DNA from: Zygnema circumcarinatum SAG 698-1b
Lineage: Eukaryota; Plantae; Zygnematophyceae
Reading direction: 5' to 3'
Assembly: GCA_037447605.1 (NCBI GenBank)
Contig: CM074813.1
Span: 992,001-1,056,000, forward strand
Length of the DNA: 64,000 nucleotides
Shown piece by piece: positions 50,170 through 62,427 of the stretch; within the stretch, counting starts at the first letter, position 1; each line of letters opens with the position of its first letter. The position numbers and the translations under genes were made by a program. The notes below the pieces were generated by a model. The model saw nothing but the letters and a program-made list of their open reading frames with translations. It searched no databases and was not told the DNA's origin.

Positions 50170-50453
50170 TCCTCCAGCTCTCCAGCAAAGTCCCCCCCCG
50201 AAGCTTTCAGGCTTTCCAATACATTAAGGCTTCCAGAGATTCCCGGAAATTTCTTTTCTCTCCTTTCTCCCTGCCTCTCCTCATCCTTTCCTTTCTCTTC
50301 TTTCTGCAGACCTAACGCCCCACATCTTAACTTTCGAAGCTTTAATCTTGATTATTTGAGCGTGTTCTTTCTCAACTCTCAGCATCCATGGCTCCTTTCC
50401 CCTCTTTTCCTCAAGCAGACGGAGCTGCTCGCTGTGCGCAGGGTCAGGCAGGG

Positions 50454-50560
50454 TTAGGGCTCAGCGCCATAATTAGGGTTAAGGTTTGCACTCCAAGAAT
50501 TAGGGTTTCAGTGAGTGCTGGGAATTAGGGTTAGGGTTAGCACGGCAAAAAATTAGGGTT
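50454..50560 (-). promoter_or_regulatory. Telo-box cluster (AACCCTAA x5) upstream of the Myb gene
   Basis: TTAGGGTT at 50473, 50500, 50525, 50531 and 50553, plus a variant at 50454. Confidence 0.65.
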
Positions 50561-50790
50561 ACCGTACATCCTGGCGTCCGTACATTCCGTACGGCCACGC
50601 CGTACAGTTTCCATGGAATAGCATGCGCTCTATGCTGCTTAGTTACAGTTCTTGCTAAATAAAGTCAATGACATTTTCCCATGGTTCCCAAAACAACCAT
50701 GAATGCGACGGAGCATGCTGCGACTACTGTCTGAAGTCTAGCATCCATGTTGCGACACGAACATCAAATCTTGAGGAGGCGGATGCTTTG

Positions 50791-51581
50791 GGAGAACTAT
50801 ATACCGCCCCCCTTTTTTGGTTATCCCGCGACTGTTTTTTTCGGCTATTCTGCCCCCCTCCCCCATTTTGGATATTTCAGGAGGAGATCGCCCCCCTGTT
50901 TTTAATATTTCTTTCCCGCGCCTCCCGTCCTGGCCCCTCCCCTGCCCACCCCTCCCCTCCCCTTCCCTGCCCTCCCCTCCCGTCCTCTCCCCTCCCCTCC
51001 CCTGCCCACCCCTCCNNNNNNNNNNTCTGCTCTCTCTCCTCTAGTTTTTCTCTCTCCTACTCTCTCTCCTCTGCTCATTCTCTCTTTCGCCTTTGCTCTC
51101 TCCTGTGCTCTCTCCTGTGCTCTCTCCTCTAGTCTCTCTCTCCTTTGCTCTCTCCTCTGCTCATTCTCTCTCTCCTTTGCTCTCTCCTGTAGTCTCTCTC
51201 TCCTCTTCTCTCACTCCTCTGCTCTTTCTTTCTCCTCTATACTCTCTCTCCTCGGCTCTCGCTCCTTTGCTCTCTCTCCTTTGCTCTCTCCTGTAGTCCC
51301 TCTCCTCTGCTCTCACTCTGCTCTCTCTCTCTCTCACTCTCTTTCACTTTCTTTCTGAGAAAGGGGAAGGGAAGGGAAGGGAAGGGAAGGGGAGGGGGAG
51401 GGCAGGGGAGGGGCGGGGAGATGACGGGAGGCGCGGGAAAAAAATATTAAAAACAGGGGGGCGATCTCCTCCCGAAATATCCAAAATGGGGGAGGGGGGC
51501 AGAATAGCCGAAATGGGAGGGTCGGATTTCAAAAAAACAGTGGCGGGATAACCAAAAAAGGGGGGCGGTATATAGTTTTCC
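50791..51581. mobile_element. Non-autonomous Mutator-like element, 791 bp, with simple-repeat interior
   Basis: TIRs of about 140-160 bp (GGAGAACTATATACCGCCCCCC.. / ..GGGGGCGGTATATAGTTTTCC) and a perfect 9-bp TSD GATGCTTTG (50782-50790 and 51582-51590). Contains an N gap. Confidence 0.92.
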
Positions 51582-52369
51582 GATGCTTTGTACCAAACAA
51601 CTGTTTCAGCAATCATATCAGCAACATAGAGAGTGCAAATTCAGCGTCCAATGGACTTAGACGCTCTGCATGTGCGGGGAGGGGTAACACGTTCCATGGT
51701 TTGTCGCTTTAGGGCCATTTTTGATTTAAATGGATGGACGATCTGCTATTGTACAAAGTTTTGTGCCGTTCGATCTTTGGGCAATTTCCACGTTCGGAGG
51801 TCGATAAGAGTAGTGGGGTGTCATTAGACGAAAATGGAAGTAATTTACGACATTGCTATATGTGTGTCAGTTCTATGGTTCAATTTGGTGCGGGCCATGT
51901 GAGAAAGGTCCACCTATTCTGAGATTGAGATTGAGATTGAGATGAAGTCGTTGCATAGAGCAGTGATAACTTCACAATGTACAAAACCGTGAAGACTAAA
52001 AATTCAAAAGTCCAAATTTATAATGACTTGAATTCTCTGATTTCATGAGTCATTTTAGAAGTTGCAAAAATGTATATATGTGGCCTTTGACATTGTCAAA
52101 CAGCCAGATGCCAAAACCAACCAGTACCAATAAGCACTCACACAAAAAAAGGATGAAAGGAATGAAGAAAAAGATGATTCATTTTTTTTTTTCATGGTAA
52201 TTTCTCCACACTTTCACGAAGGATACATGAAAGAGCATGGAATCCCTCCTTAAACCGTACTGTGGATTATTAATTGTTAGAATTATAGCCATTTATACCC
52301 CTTTGCTTTTTGCATTTTACATCTTGCAACCATTTTTCTAAATCAAGCTTTTCCTAATTTCCCCTCGCG

Positions 52370-55300
52370 CTACTCAGCGTCCTCTCCTCCCTTCGCAAGG
52401 TTATGGATTTTTTGAGATCGGTACATTTCCGCCACCTGGACGTGTCAAATTCAAAAATTAAAAATCGCAAATGTCACACATGTAGACGTTAGGCACAGAA
52501 ATGGCATTTCAGAAAATCGAGATTTTGCATATAAAAATATTTCACCTGCTGCGCGGAGGTGGCCTGCTCCGGAGCCTTATCGGGTCGGACCCGCAGAAAC
52601 CGCGGAAACCGTAGCGCAATTCCCTGCCAGACAAAAAAAAAAAAAAAAAAAGGGAAGGGAAGGAAGGGACAGATGTCATACATCGCAAAAATCGGGAAAC
52701 TCCCCCCCTCCCCTCCCCCCTAAAAAAAAAAAAAAAAATCCCAGTGACACAGTTCCAAGAATGAAACGAATTGATGCTTGAAATCCACATCGAACCATAA
52801 AAAAACCCCAAACGGAGGAGCTCTCCATGGAACCGTGTAACTGTTGTGCAACGGAGTTCAGTTCAGTTCAGTTCAGTTCAGTTCAGTTCAGTTCAGTTCA
52901 GTTCAGTTCCGTTCAGTTCCGTGCCTTGTTGCTGTCGACAGTTCCGTTGGCCGCGCGGTGCACGGGACTGATGCTGAGATCCGCCGCGCGGCACTCCCAC
53001 ACCTCCGCCGGCTCGAACCACACCTCCGCTCCCAAGGTCTCCCCATAGCGGTAGTACGACTGCGCATACAAAAGCCCAAACTTTAGGGTTTAGGGTTTAG
53101 GCTCCCTCTCCACCGCCCTACTCGTCACTACATGCTCTCGCTTTTTTCCTCCTTTTTTAACGTTTTTGAAAATTTCCATGTGATGATGTTCCGTACCCGC
53201 GGCTTCGGGATGATGCGTTCAGAGAGAGCGCGCGACCTCTCCTCCAAAACTGCCTCTGAGAACCCCGTCCCTGCGGAGGGATAACCCTAAAACCAGCAAA
53301 TCAGAGCGCTGCTTTGCTATCCATTATTCTCCTCTCCCAATTAACTTTTTCAATTTTTCTTCAAACCAATCTTTTCTCCCCCTCTGCTCGCACATTTCTC
53401 CATCCTGCCCTGCTCTCCGGCCCTCCTCTCCCTCTCCACACTCTATCCTCTCACCTCTACTCTTCTGTCCAACTTCTCCTCGTAAACTTCGCTAATTCGT
53501 TTCTTTGAGTCTCCCCCTCTCCCATCATACCGTCAACAGGGGGAGGCTCCCACCTATTTTGCAGATGGACTGGTATTCATCAGCCACGTCATCATAGCAG
53601 GCCAGAAGGAAGGCTCCGTACACCCCTGAACCCAAAATCCACCCCTTCAAGTATACATCCATAAGCCCTCCTAAAGCTGAAGCCCTGAAAAGGTTTAAAA
53701 ACGAAGAAGATGGTTAGGGGGGACGGGGGAGGGGCGAGGGAGAGGGGGAGGAGGGATGGGGGAGAGGGGGGGAGGGGGAGGGGAAAGGAAGAAGGGGAAG
53801 GGGAGATGGGGGAGGAGGGGATGGGGGGAGAGGGGGAGGAGGGGGATGGGGGGAGAGGGGGAGGGGGAAGGGGAAAGAAAGAAGGGGAAAGGGGAGAGGA
53901 GGGAGGAGGGGGATGGGGGAGAGGGGGAGGAGGGGATGGGGGAGAGGGGGAGGGGGAGGGGAAAGGAAGAAGGGGAAGGGGAGAGGGGGAGGAGGATGGG
54001 GAGAGGGGGAGGAGGGGGATGGGGGGAGAGGGGAGGGGAAAGGAAGAAGGGGAAGGGGAGATGGGGGAGGAGGGGAATGGGGGAGAGGGGGGAGGAGGGG
54101 GATGGGGGAGAGGGGGGAGGGGGAAGGGGGAAAGAAAGAAGGGGAAAGGGGGAGAGGAGGGAGGAGGGGGAGGAGGGGGATGGGGGAGAGGGGGGAGGGG
54201 GGAGGGGGAAAGGAAGAAGGGGGAAGGGGGAGATGGGGGAGGAGGGGATGGGGGGAGAGGGGAGAGGAGGGGGATGGGGGGAGAGGGGGGAGGGGAAAGG
54301 AAGAAGGGGAAGGGGAGATGGGGGAGGAGGGGATGGGGGGAGAGGGGGAGGAGGGGGATGGGGGGAGAGGGGGGAGGAGGGGGATGGGGGAGAGGGGGGA
54401 GGGGGGAGGGGGAAAGGAAGAAGGGGGAAGGGGGAGGAGGGGGATGGGGGAGGAGGGGGATGGGGGAGAGGGGGGAGGAGGGGGATGGGGGGAGAGGGGG
54501 AGGGGGAAGGGGGAGAGGAGGAGGAGGGGGATGGGGGAGAGGGGGGAGGAGGGGGAAGGGGAGAGGGGGGAGGAGGGGGATGGGGGAGAGGGGGAGGAGG
54601 GGGAAGGGGGAGAAGAAAGAAGGGGGAAAGGGGGAGAGGAGGGAGGAGGGGGATGGGGGAGAGGGGGGAGGAGGGGGATGGGGGAGAGGGGGGAGGGGGG
54701 AGGGGGAAAGGAAGAAGGGGGAAGCGGGAGATGGGGGAGGAGGGGGATGGGGGAGAGGGGGGAGGAGGGGGATGGGGGAGAGGGGGGAGGAGGGGGATGG
54801 GGGGAGAGGGGGGAGGAGGGGATGGGGGGAGAGGGGGAGGGGGAAGGGGGAAAGAAAGAAGGAAAGGGGGAGAGGAGGAGGAGGGGGATGGGGGGAGAGG
54901 GGGAGGAGGGGATGGGGGGAGAGGGGAGGGGAAAGGAAGAAGGGGAAGGGGAGATGGGGGAGGAGGGGGATGGGGGGAGAGGGGGAGGAGGGATGGGGGA
55001 GAGGGGGAGGAGGGGGATGGGGGGAGAGGGGGAGGGGAAGGGGGAGAGGGGGAGGAGGGGGATGGGGGGAGAGGGGGAGGAGGGGATGGGGGGAGAGGGG
55101 GAGGGGGAGGGGAGGGGAAAGGAAGAAGGGGAAGGGGAGATGGGGGAGGAGGGAATGGGGAGAGGGGGAGGAGGGATGGGGGGAGAGGGGAGGGGGAAGG
55201 GGAAAGAAAGAAGGGGAAAGGGGGAGAGGAGGGAGGAGGGGGATGGGGGAGAGGGGGGAGGAGGGGGATGGGGGAGAGGGGGGAGGGGGAAGGGGGAAAG

Positions 55301-58300
55301 AAAGGGAAAGGGGGAAGGGGGAGAGGAGGGAGGAGGGGGATGGGGGGAGGGGAGGAGGGGGATGGGGGAGGAGGGGGATGGGGGTGAGGGGAGGAGGGGG
55401 ATGGGGGTGAGGGGGGAGGTGGGAGGAGGGAAGAGAAGGTGGAGAAGGAAAGAGCGAGAGAGATTTACCTGCCCGTTTCCCCCTTCCATGGAACGCTCCA
55501 ATGGGAACCAAATCGAGCGAATCCCCAAGCCTGCATGAGTGTTACGAGCAGCGCTTAGCTTCCAATGGAATCCTATACAATTTCTGGATGTACAGTCACA
55601 GTTCATTTTTCAGTTGCCTCACCCGTCCATGTAATCCTTCTTCAGTTTGAGCCAATTGTTTGATCTCTTCGCAGGCTCATACGTTGCATCATGCTCCAAA
55701 GTCTTCACCATCGCCCCTTCGCACCTGCACGGCATTTAAAGGAGAAAAAGAGAACAAGGGAACACGGAAAAGGATGAGAGAGAAAGAACAAGAAGAAAAC
55801 TGAAGTAAAGTGAAAAAATCTTCGCCACCAACACATAAAATCCGTGGAAGCCAAAAACATAAAAAGCAACTGCGGCCTCCCTTCAAAAAAATGTGTTAGT
55901 AAATCGACACAAAAAACGTGACAGAATGATTTTTTTGTGTATTTCTGAGCATGGAAACGGACCCACCCGTGGTTCACAGCGTCGTCCAGAAAGGTCTGCA
56001 TCTCCTCCACAGCGCTCGTCGTGACAGCTGTCGCGAACTGAAACTCGCCCTTCACGGTATCGAATGAGCCGTACAGCAACTGCCGCCCACTTCACTCCCG
56101 AGGTGAGCACAGTTTGAAGGGAGAGGGGAGAGGGGAGAGGGGAGAGGGGAGAGGGAGGCGGAGAGGGGACGCCCACCTCTCTGCGTTCCTTGAGCTGCTC
56201 CTTGAGAAGGTCGCGGCCGTTGAGGTGGAGCAGGTCGAAGGCGAAGAGGCACACGCGCACTGTGATGTCGCCCACTATCACTCCTTTCCGCGCGCGAGTG
56301 GATAAAATCTGGATAAGAACAATGGACAAAAAGGGAAATAGAATGAAAAGGAAAAAGAATGAGAGACGTCTCAATTCCTGGAATAGAAAAGCTTGAAAAA
56401 TCAGTTCAGTACATTGAGTTCATTCCTTCTTCGTGAGCACTGACTGCTTGTATATCATCATTGAGTAAATTTGAACTCCACCTCTGTTGCATTCAAATTA
56501 TACCCTAAGTTACACCCCGAATGAAACCCCTAGGATCACCTGAAATGGCAATATTTTGTCGTTTTCTCGGTCATAGGCGACCACTTCAGCGTCAAGTACA
56601 AAGGACGAAATGTGCGGCTTTTTGTACCTGCATGCCAAACCCGCCACCTGTCAGCTCCTGATTGGCCGCTCCCTACAGCCACGCGCCCCTGTTTCATCTC
56701 CAGTCCCGCCTTTCCAACTCCCCTTGTGTTTGTTTTTTCGATTCTACTTTTGTGAATTTCTGTTTTCTGCTTCACGTGTGTTGTCTTTGCAGAGTCTGGA
56801 AGACTGCTACCTCGTCATAGCTGCGACAATATCGGGATATTTTCCAGTGTTTCTCTCAGCATTCCGGCTATAAATTTCAACAATTCCCCCTTCCAGGTAA
56901 TGTATCTGCTCCACGCACCAAACAATTGTCAGAAAAACAGATGTTCTCCCTTTCTCCCCAACCACTCCCTTTCGCCTTGTTCTCTCCCCCTCCTTTCCCC
57001 TGTATTCCTATCATCCCGCTTCTCCCTCGACCTCTCTACGCTTTCTTTCCTCCTCATCGGCTCTGTACTCTTTCTCCCCATTCCTCTTCCCCTCTCCTTC
57101 CCTCTCTCACGAAACTCCTCTTTCCTTTCTCTCGCCTCTCCAGTTCCCTACTCAGCTGCCCCACTTTTACCGTTACAGTTACTTTTACAGCCCCACTTTT
57201 ACTTTTACAGGTCCAACACCCATTCTCGCACATGTAACCGTGCCTTCTGAAAGCACACCAGTTCCTCCCAAACTGTCCCTCACATAGAACGCGTTTTCAG
57301 TCTGCAACACCCCCCGCCCCCCTCACCTGTGCTCGTTCTCCGTCGTATTTGTATTCACATGTAAACACGCAGTCCTGGAATTTATCCAAAATTTCTGAGA
57401 TTCCGCGAGTCGGCTTTGCCAGCATGGGCCCAACAGGAATGCCCGGAGTGAATTTGCATTTCTCCGGAAGAGATCGAATTCCACCCTCCAAAATGACAGA
57501 AATAATTTTTTCGTAAACAGGCAGTACGGAGTATGCAGCCTTTATTAACCGAATCGCCTGCATGGAGCCAATTCAGAAAGGCTCCAACTGAAGTTACAGA
57601 ACTTCTCCATCTCTCCCTCTATTTCTCCCCTTCCCCTTTTTGGCCCCGTCCCCTCCCCCTCCACCCTTTCCCCCCCTTCCCCACCNNNNNNNNNNCCCTC
57701 TCCCTCCCCCTCTCCCTCTCCCTCTCCCTCTCCCTCTCCTTCTCCCTCTCCCTCTCCTACCTCTTCCAGCCGGCCGGGCAGCTCTGCGGGAGGCACAGGC
57801 GGCTTCTCCTGCAGCACTGAAGCCTGCGCGAGGGCGGCAAGAACTGTCTGCTCCGCCAGGCCGATTCTCATCTTCCCCTGAACCCTCCCTCCTCGGTATG
57901 TTACGAGTTAACCACTCGTACTTTCGCAGACCAACTAATTCAGAAAATGTATTATTAATGACACAAATAGTGCGAGATCTGTGCACTAGGCAGTACACAA
58001 GGCATTGTATCACGTTTTAGGAACTTGAATCCTTTTTGAAACGTAAATACAGCAAACAAAATAGTAAAAGAGCAGACCTGCAGCAGGCGCACAATAAACT
58101 GCGGCTCAGTCTCCCTTGCGGCCACAATAAGCTGCTTCATTCTCGCCCGCTTTTTTTCACTGCTCTCTTTTCCAGTTTCCTGCTCCCTCGCCACTCACCA
58201 AAACCAGTCTTAAAAACCCAAAAGCAAATGTTCATGTCCTCACTCTCCTTCATCGTGCATCATCACGAAGACGGAAATTCAACATTCAAAGCATCCAGAG

Positions 58301-60630
58301 AAGGCTATCCATTCAAATACAAAAAAAGAAAAATCACGAAAGCACATAATGCTTCTCAAAACACACCTTGGCGATGAAGCGGAAGGTTTCCAGAACCTTC
58401 GCACAGGAGAGAGGCTGCGGAGCAAACATAGTCCTCTGAGTGGTCCGACTCGCTCTCGCTACCAATCCCAGATCCCCTGACTCCTGCAAACAAATTTCAG
58501 TGGAAAAAATTCCGAGAGAACTTTAAAAAAAATGAAAGTGTATGGGGAAAGAGTTGGGGGGGGAAAGGGGGAGGAGGGGGCCGTTTCTGGCTAAAACTTG
58601 GGGTTTTCCTTTACGGCGGTTTATGGTGAGATTTTGAGAAGGTCGTCAAAGAATACCTTCAAAGGGCAAATAGGAGGGAAGAGGGAAACCGTTTGATTGA
58701 AACCACTACACCGATTGAAGCCTGTTCATCGATTATCTAACTTTAACAACTTTCAAGTAAAAGTCCTTTGTCTCCCAAAACCCCAAAACGCTAACATCCC
58801 ACCTACACCCAAATCACAAAACCTGAAAACCTGAAAACTCTATGTGAATTTCCAATACCACTAGAACCCAAAATCCCCTCAGGTCCGTACAACCCGAACC
58901 CCCCCCCCTTCCCCACCTTGTAGTCCGCCTTGACCTGCGCCTCCTTGCGCCCCGTGGCCTCCGCCAGCGCTCTGATGATGCTGGCGTCACCAATCCCGAG
59001 CTCCACTCCCTCGTGCGGCGGAGCCACTCGATTGGCCGCCAGGTACACCACGGGCAGCAGGTCCGCAGGGGTTGTTTCCATGACAGTCCGGAACACGTTA
59101 CAGAGCAGTTCCGTCATGGCTAGCCGCCCCGACAGCTTTGAAATTTCTGTGGTGGAGGCAGACAAAGGAAGGCGAATGAGGAGGGAGGGAGGGAGGGAGG
59201 GAGAGAGGGAGGGAGGGAGGGAGGGAGGTGCTTTACTCGCCTTCAAGAGCCTTCGCCAAGAAAAGGAATGGTACAGGCTCCCCCGGTTTCCATGTTGCTG
59301 ATTTCCCTGGGTCGTACTCTGCATGCTTCAGTGCAAGTGCATGGAGGCCGTCACCCACCCGATTCTCTCCTCCAGTTTTCCCCCCAGTCTTGGCCTTCTT
59401 TCTTGGCCTTTCCCCCTGCTTTTTCCCTCTAACTCCCTTCGCTCCTCTTTTCTCCTCTCCTTCTCTCTCTCCCTCGACTGCCACAGCCAGCTCCTCTCCC
59501 TCCACTCCTTCCTCCGCCTCCGAGAGCAGTTCTCCGCCATCGTCGTCCTCACCCTCTGAGCTCTGCGAGCTGCTCGACTTCTCCTCCTCCAGCCGTGCAA
59601 CACCCTCACCGTCCATGAACCCTGTCTCTCTCACTCCTTCTCCTTCTACTACACCTGCTATTGCTGTCGGCTTGCTCATCTTTTTGAAAAACCCTTCTCC
59701 AGAACCATTGGTCGCCTCTCTGGATTTTACTTCCCTTACTTCTATCTCCTCCCTCAAAACTGCGTCAGGGACCTTAGGTCCCTTGAGAACACTAGGTTTT
59801 CTAAGGCGTTTAGGTTTTCCGGGTTTTTTTAAGCCCTTTGCCTCAACATCGCTTTCGCTCGATTCCTTTGATTCCGCGTCTCCTTCCTCCTCAACTTTCT
59901 TGACTTTATTAGGACTTTTCGGCTTCTTCACCTCCTTCACTGCTGCTTCTAACACCTTCCCGGAAGTTTCCAGAAGGTCACCTCCTTGCGTTCTCGGCCT
60001 TTTGCTCTCAGCTCCCACCTCTATCTCTCCCTGTCCCTCTCCCTCCCTCCCCCTCTCAGTCTCTCCCCCTCCTTGACGTCTTCCCGTTCCCTCCCTCTCG
60101 CCTCCTCCACCGTCCCCTCCCTTGCCCTCTCCCTCCCCCTCCCCCTCCCCCTCCTCCACCAGCACGAGCTTCCTCTTTCTTCTCACCCCTCCCTTCTTCA
60201 CCACCTCGGAAGCTCCAGGTACGACTTCCGTTGCATTTTTCGCCTTCCCCGTAACTTCCCCCCCAGCCTTGTTCTCTGGGGCAATGGCTGCCTGCTCGTC
60301 CACAAGCAAAGTAGACCCCTCTCTCTCCACCCCTCTCCCTCTCCCTCTCCCTCCTCTCCCTCCCCTCTGCCCCCCAAAAAACCCGAGAATTGAGGTCTGC
60401 TTCCCCGTAAAGCCCGCTCCTCGCAGCCCGTTCGGAGCTGCGTCCATTGTTACGGCTTCTCTATTGTGGGAAAGAGGCAGAGAGTAGGACTGAGAAGGCA
60501 GGGAGGAGAGGGGCGTAGGGCTCAGGGAGCTCCGCGTGAGGCGACCGTGAAGGCGACCGGCGGCTCGCTGCAAAGCGGCGGGGAAGTGGCCATGGCTGGT
60601 TGCCCGAAGGGAGGAGGGAAGACGGAGCAT
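52370..60630 (-). CDS. LIG1: DNA ligase 1 with predicted organellar presequence, multi-exon
   Basis: [42 protein letters not shown], motif [77 protein letters not shown], last exon VAEMYRSQ...DAE*. Confidence 0.96.
52856..52920. repeat. (GTTCA)n pentanucleotide repeat, about 13 copies
   Basis: Direct reading; begins a few bases inside a LIG1 intron next to a GC donor. Confidence 0.92.
53715..55440. repeat. About 1.7-kb G/A polypurine higher-order repeat filling a LIG1 intron
   Basis: Units such as GGGGAGAGGGGGAGGAGGGGGATG and GGGGAAAGGAAGAAGGGGAAGGGGAGATG. The intron spans 55468-53626. Confidence 0.95.
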
Positions 60631-60672
60631 TCACACGTGTGATGGAAAGAGCACAGAGCGCTCCTTGCGCAT
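60631..60672 (-). other. 13-codon upstream ORF abutting the LIG1 first ATG
   Basis: ATG CGC AAG GAG CGC TCT GTG CTC TTT CCA TCA CAC GTG TGA is followed directly by ATG 60630. It matters only if it lies within the mRNA leader. Confidence 0.4.
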
Positions 60673-60807
60673 GGCGGGAGAGCGTAAAGCAGTGCGAGAA
60701 TGGGAGCGACAAGTTATACAGGGGGGAAGGGGGGGAGGGAGGGAGGGACAGGCTGCTGCGCCTCCGCGGGATTTGAGCGAGATCGAGGGGGGGGCGTTGG
60801 AAGTCTC

Positions 60808-60815
60808 CCGCCAAA
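60808..60815 (-). promoter_or_regulatory. E2F-type site TTTGGCGG upstream of LIG1
   Basis: Matches the WTTSSCSS consensus about 180 bp upstream of a DNA replication gene. Short motif. Confidence 0.45.
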
Positions 60816-62427
60816 ACGAGGAGGCTCCATGCGCCTAGTTCGGCAGTCGCTGACGACAGTTCTTTGCTCGGTTTTACAAGATCCATGCAGTTTTGTTGCT
60901 ACAGTTTACATGTCCACGAGCCGTTACTGTGACGGCGTTACGGCGCGAGGTACGCGTGGCAGCGCGTCATTACCGTTCCATGTGTGACCATTACCTTGCT
61001 GACCATTTTCTTGAAGCCAAAATTTTCGGAAGCCATGGAAGTTAGTAACTATCTGAAGTTAGTCAGTTACTGACTATTACTAGCCCAATATTCCTAGTTG
61101 CCAACTATCGTAATTTTGAACGGGAAAAACTAGTCAGCAAACGTTTGACTAAGAAATTTCAAACGGCGTTTCAGATCCGATCCATGTACACAGTTCGAGA
61201 ATCGTTCGTTCTATGGGCGCCTGTTACGCCGTCGCCTTCGACTGTAACTGAAACAAGGACCACCAAGAGATCGCACGGTCTTTAGCGTCCTCGAGCGACA
61301 CAATCCAATCGTACGGTTCGGGTCACGCCAGAGGGGCAGATTGGCCCTATGCATGGACCTGCGCAGTATGTGATGTCATGTTTGTGTTTGCTGATGTAGC
61401 ATGTGCAGCAGCCGTTGTGCCAAAGTCAATGAACCGTACGATGGGGCGCTGCGGTCTTTGCCGCGGAAGGAAAGTAATGATGGCACCAGAAACCACGAAG
61501 ATTCACTCAATTAAAGTGAATCTCGCTGTGGGATCGCGGGCTCCGGTCCATGGCGGCCGCCAGCCTGCTCCAAAGGCCGCGGAGCCGCCGCATGTGGCGT
61601 GGACTGCAGACTTCGAGAGAGATCTAAATTCCATTCCCTCTGCATTGTTGTGCGAACAAGCGACCGCGATGATGCTTGGATGTTGGTCTTGCATGTGTGA
61701 CCGAATTTTTTGACCTTTTTTTGTCACCGTTTGTTTTACTGTTGACCAGTTCTTGGTGTGAAGCTAGCTGTGACCCTAACACAGCATCATGCTCGCGCAG
61801 CAAACGCCTCTCAACTCGCACGCAGTCTCAGACCCCGCGCTTCTCTCTCATACCAAGAATAGAAGAAACCCCACGAACTGGTTGAGAACATGGCACAAAA
61901 CCCTTCTTTTACAGATGCCTTCAAGCCCAGGCGTTCACATCTCACCTAAGGGAAGGACTCTAGGACACAATAATTCACAGACAAAGCTTCCCTCCTCTCT
62001 ACCACTACTGTACAGTTCTAATACCCTCCATCTGCCAAGCGCCAACCCCAATGGCCATTTCTAATCATTGCGGAATTCCTCCCTACAGCACCAATGACCT
62101 ACAGGCTCTAAAAGCCGCCTCCGTTTCTCACAATTACAAGGGCCTGCAACACCTACAGCCTCCAAGAACGACCAGCACCTCAGACACTCTCAACTTTTGT
62201 CGACCTTAAAAAACTCTTTCCTGGCGACCACTCTCATTCCAATCTTTCGACGCTCCTTAGTCTCTGTGCCTCTTTTCAACAGATTCTCGCTGCAATAAAC
62301 TACACCAAGTGCAAAAATAAAAAATTTGTCTCCAAATCTCAAAAAATGTTGATTTTTCTTCTCCCTTTTTTTGTTTTTTTAAGCTCAGACTCCTTGCGGC
62401 GTCCATGACAATAGAGAACAGCCACGG

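Noticed and set aside
53592-55606. Several 540-640 aa Pro-rich or Gly/Glu/Arg-rich ORFs
   Set aside because: They are translations of a stop-free G/A repeat lying inside a LIG1 intron.
61350-61720. Possible C/D snoRNA or small ORF between LIG1 and the DUF1635-like gene
   Set aside because: The C-box matches are imperfect, there is no terminal stem, and the ORF starts at a non-ATG codon without motifs.
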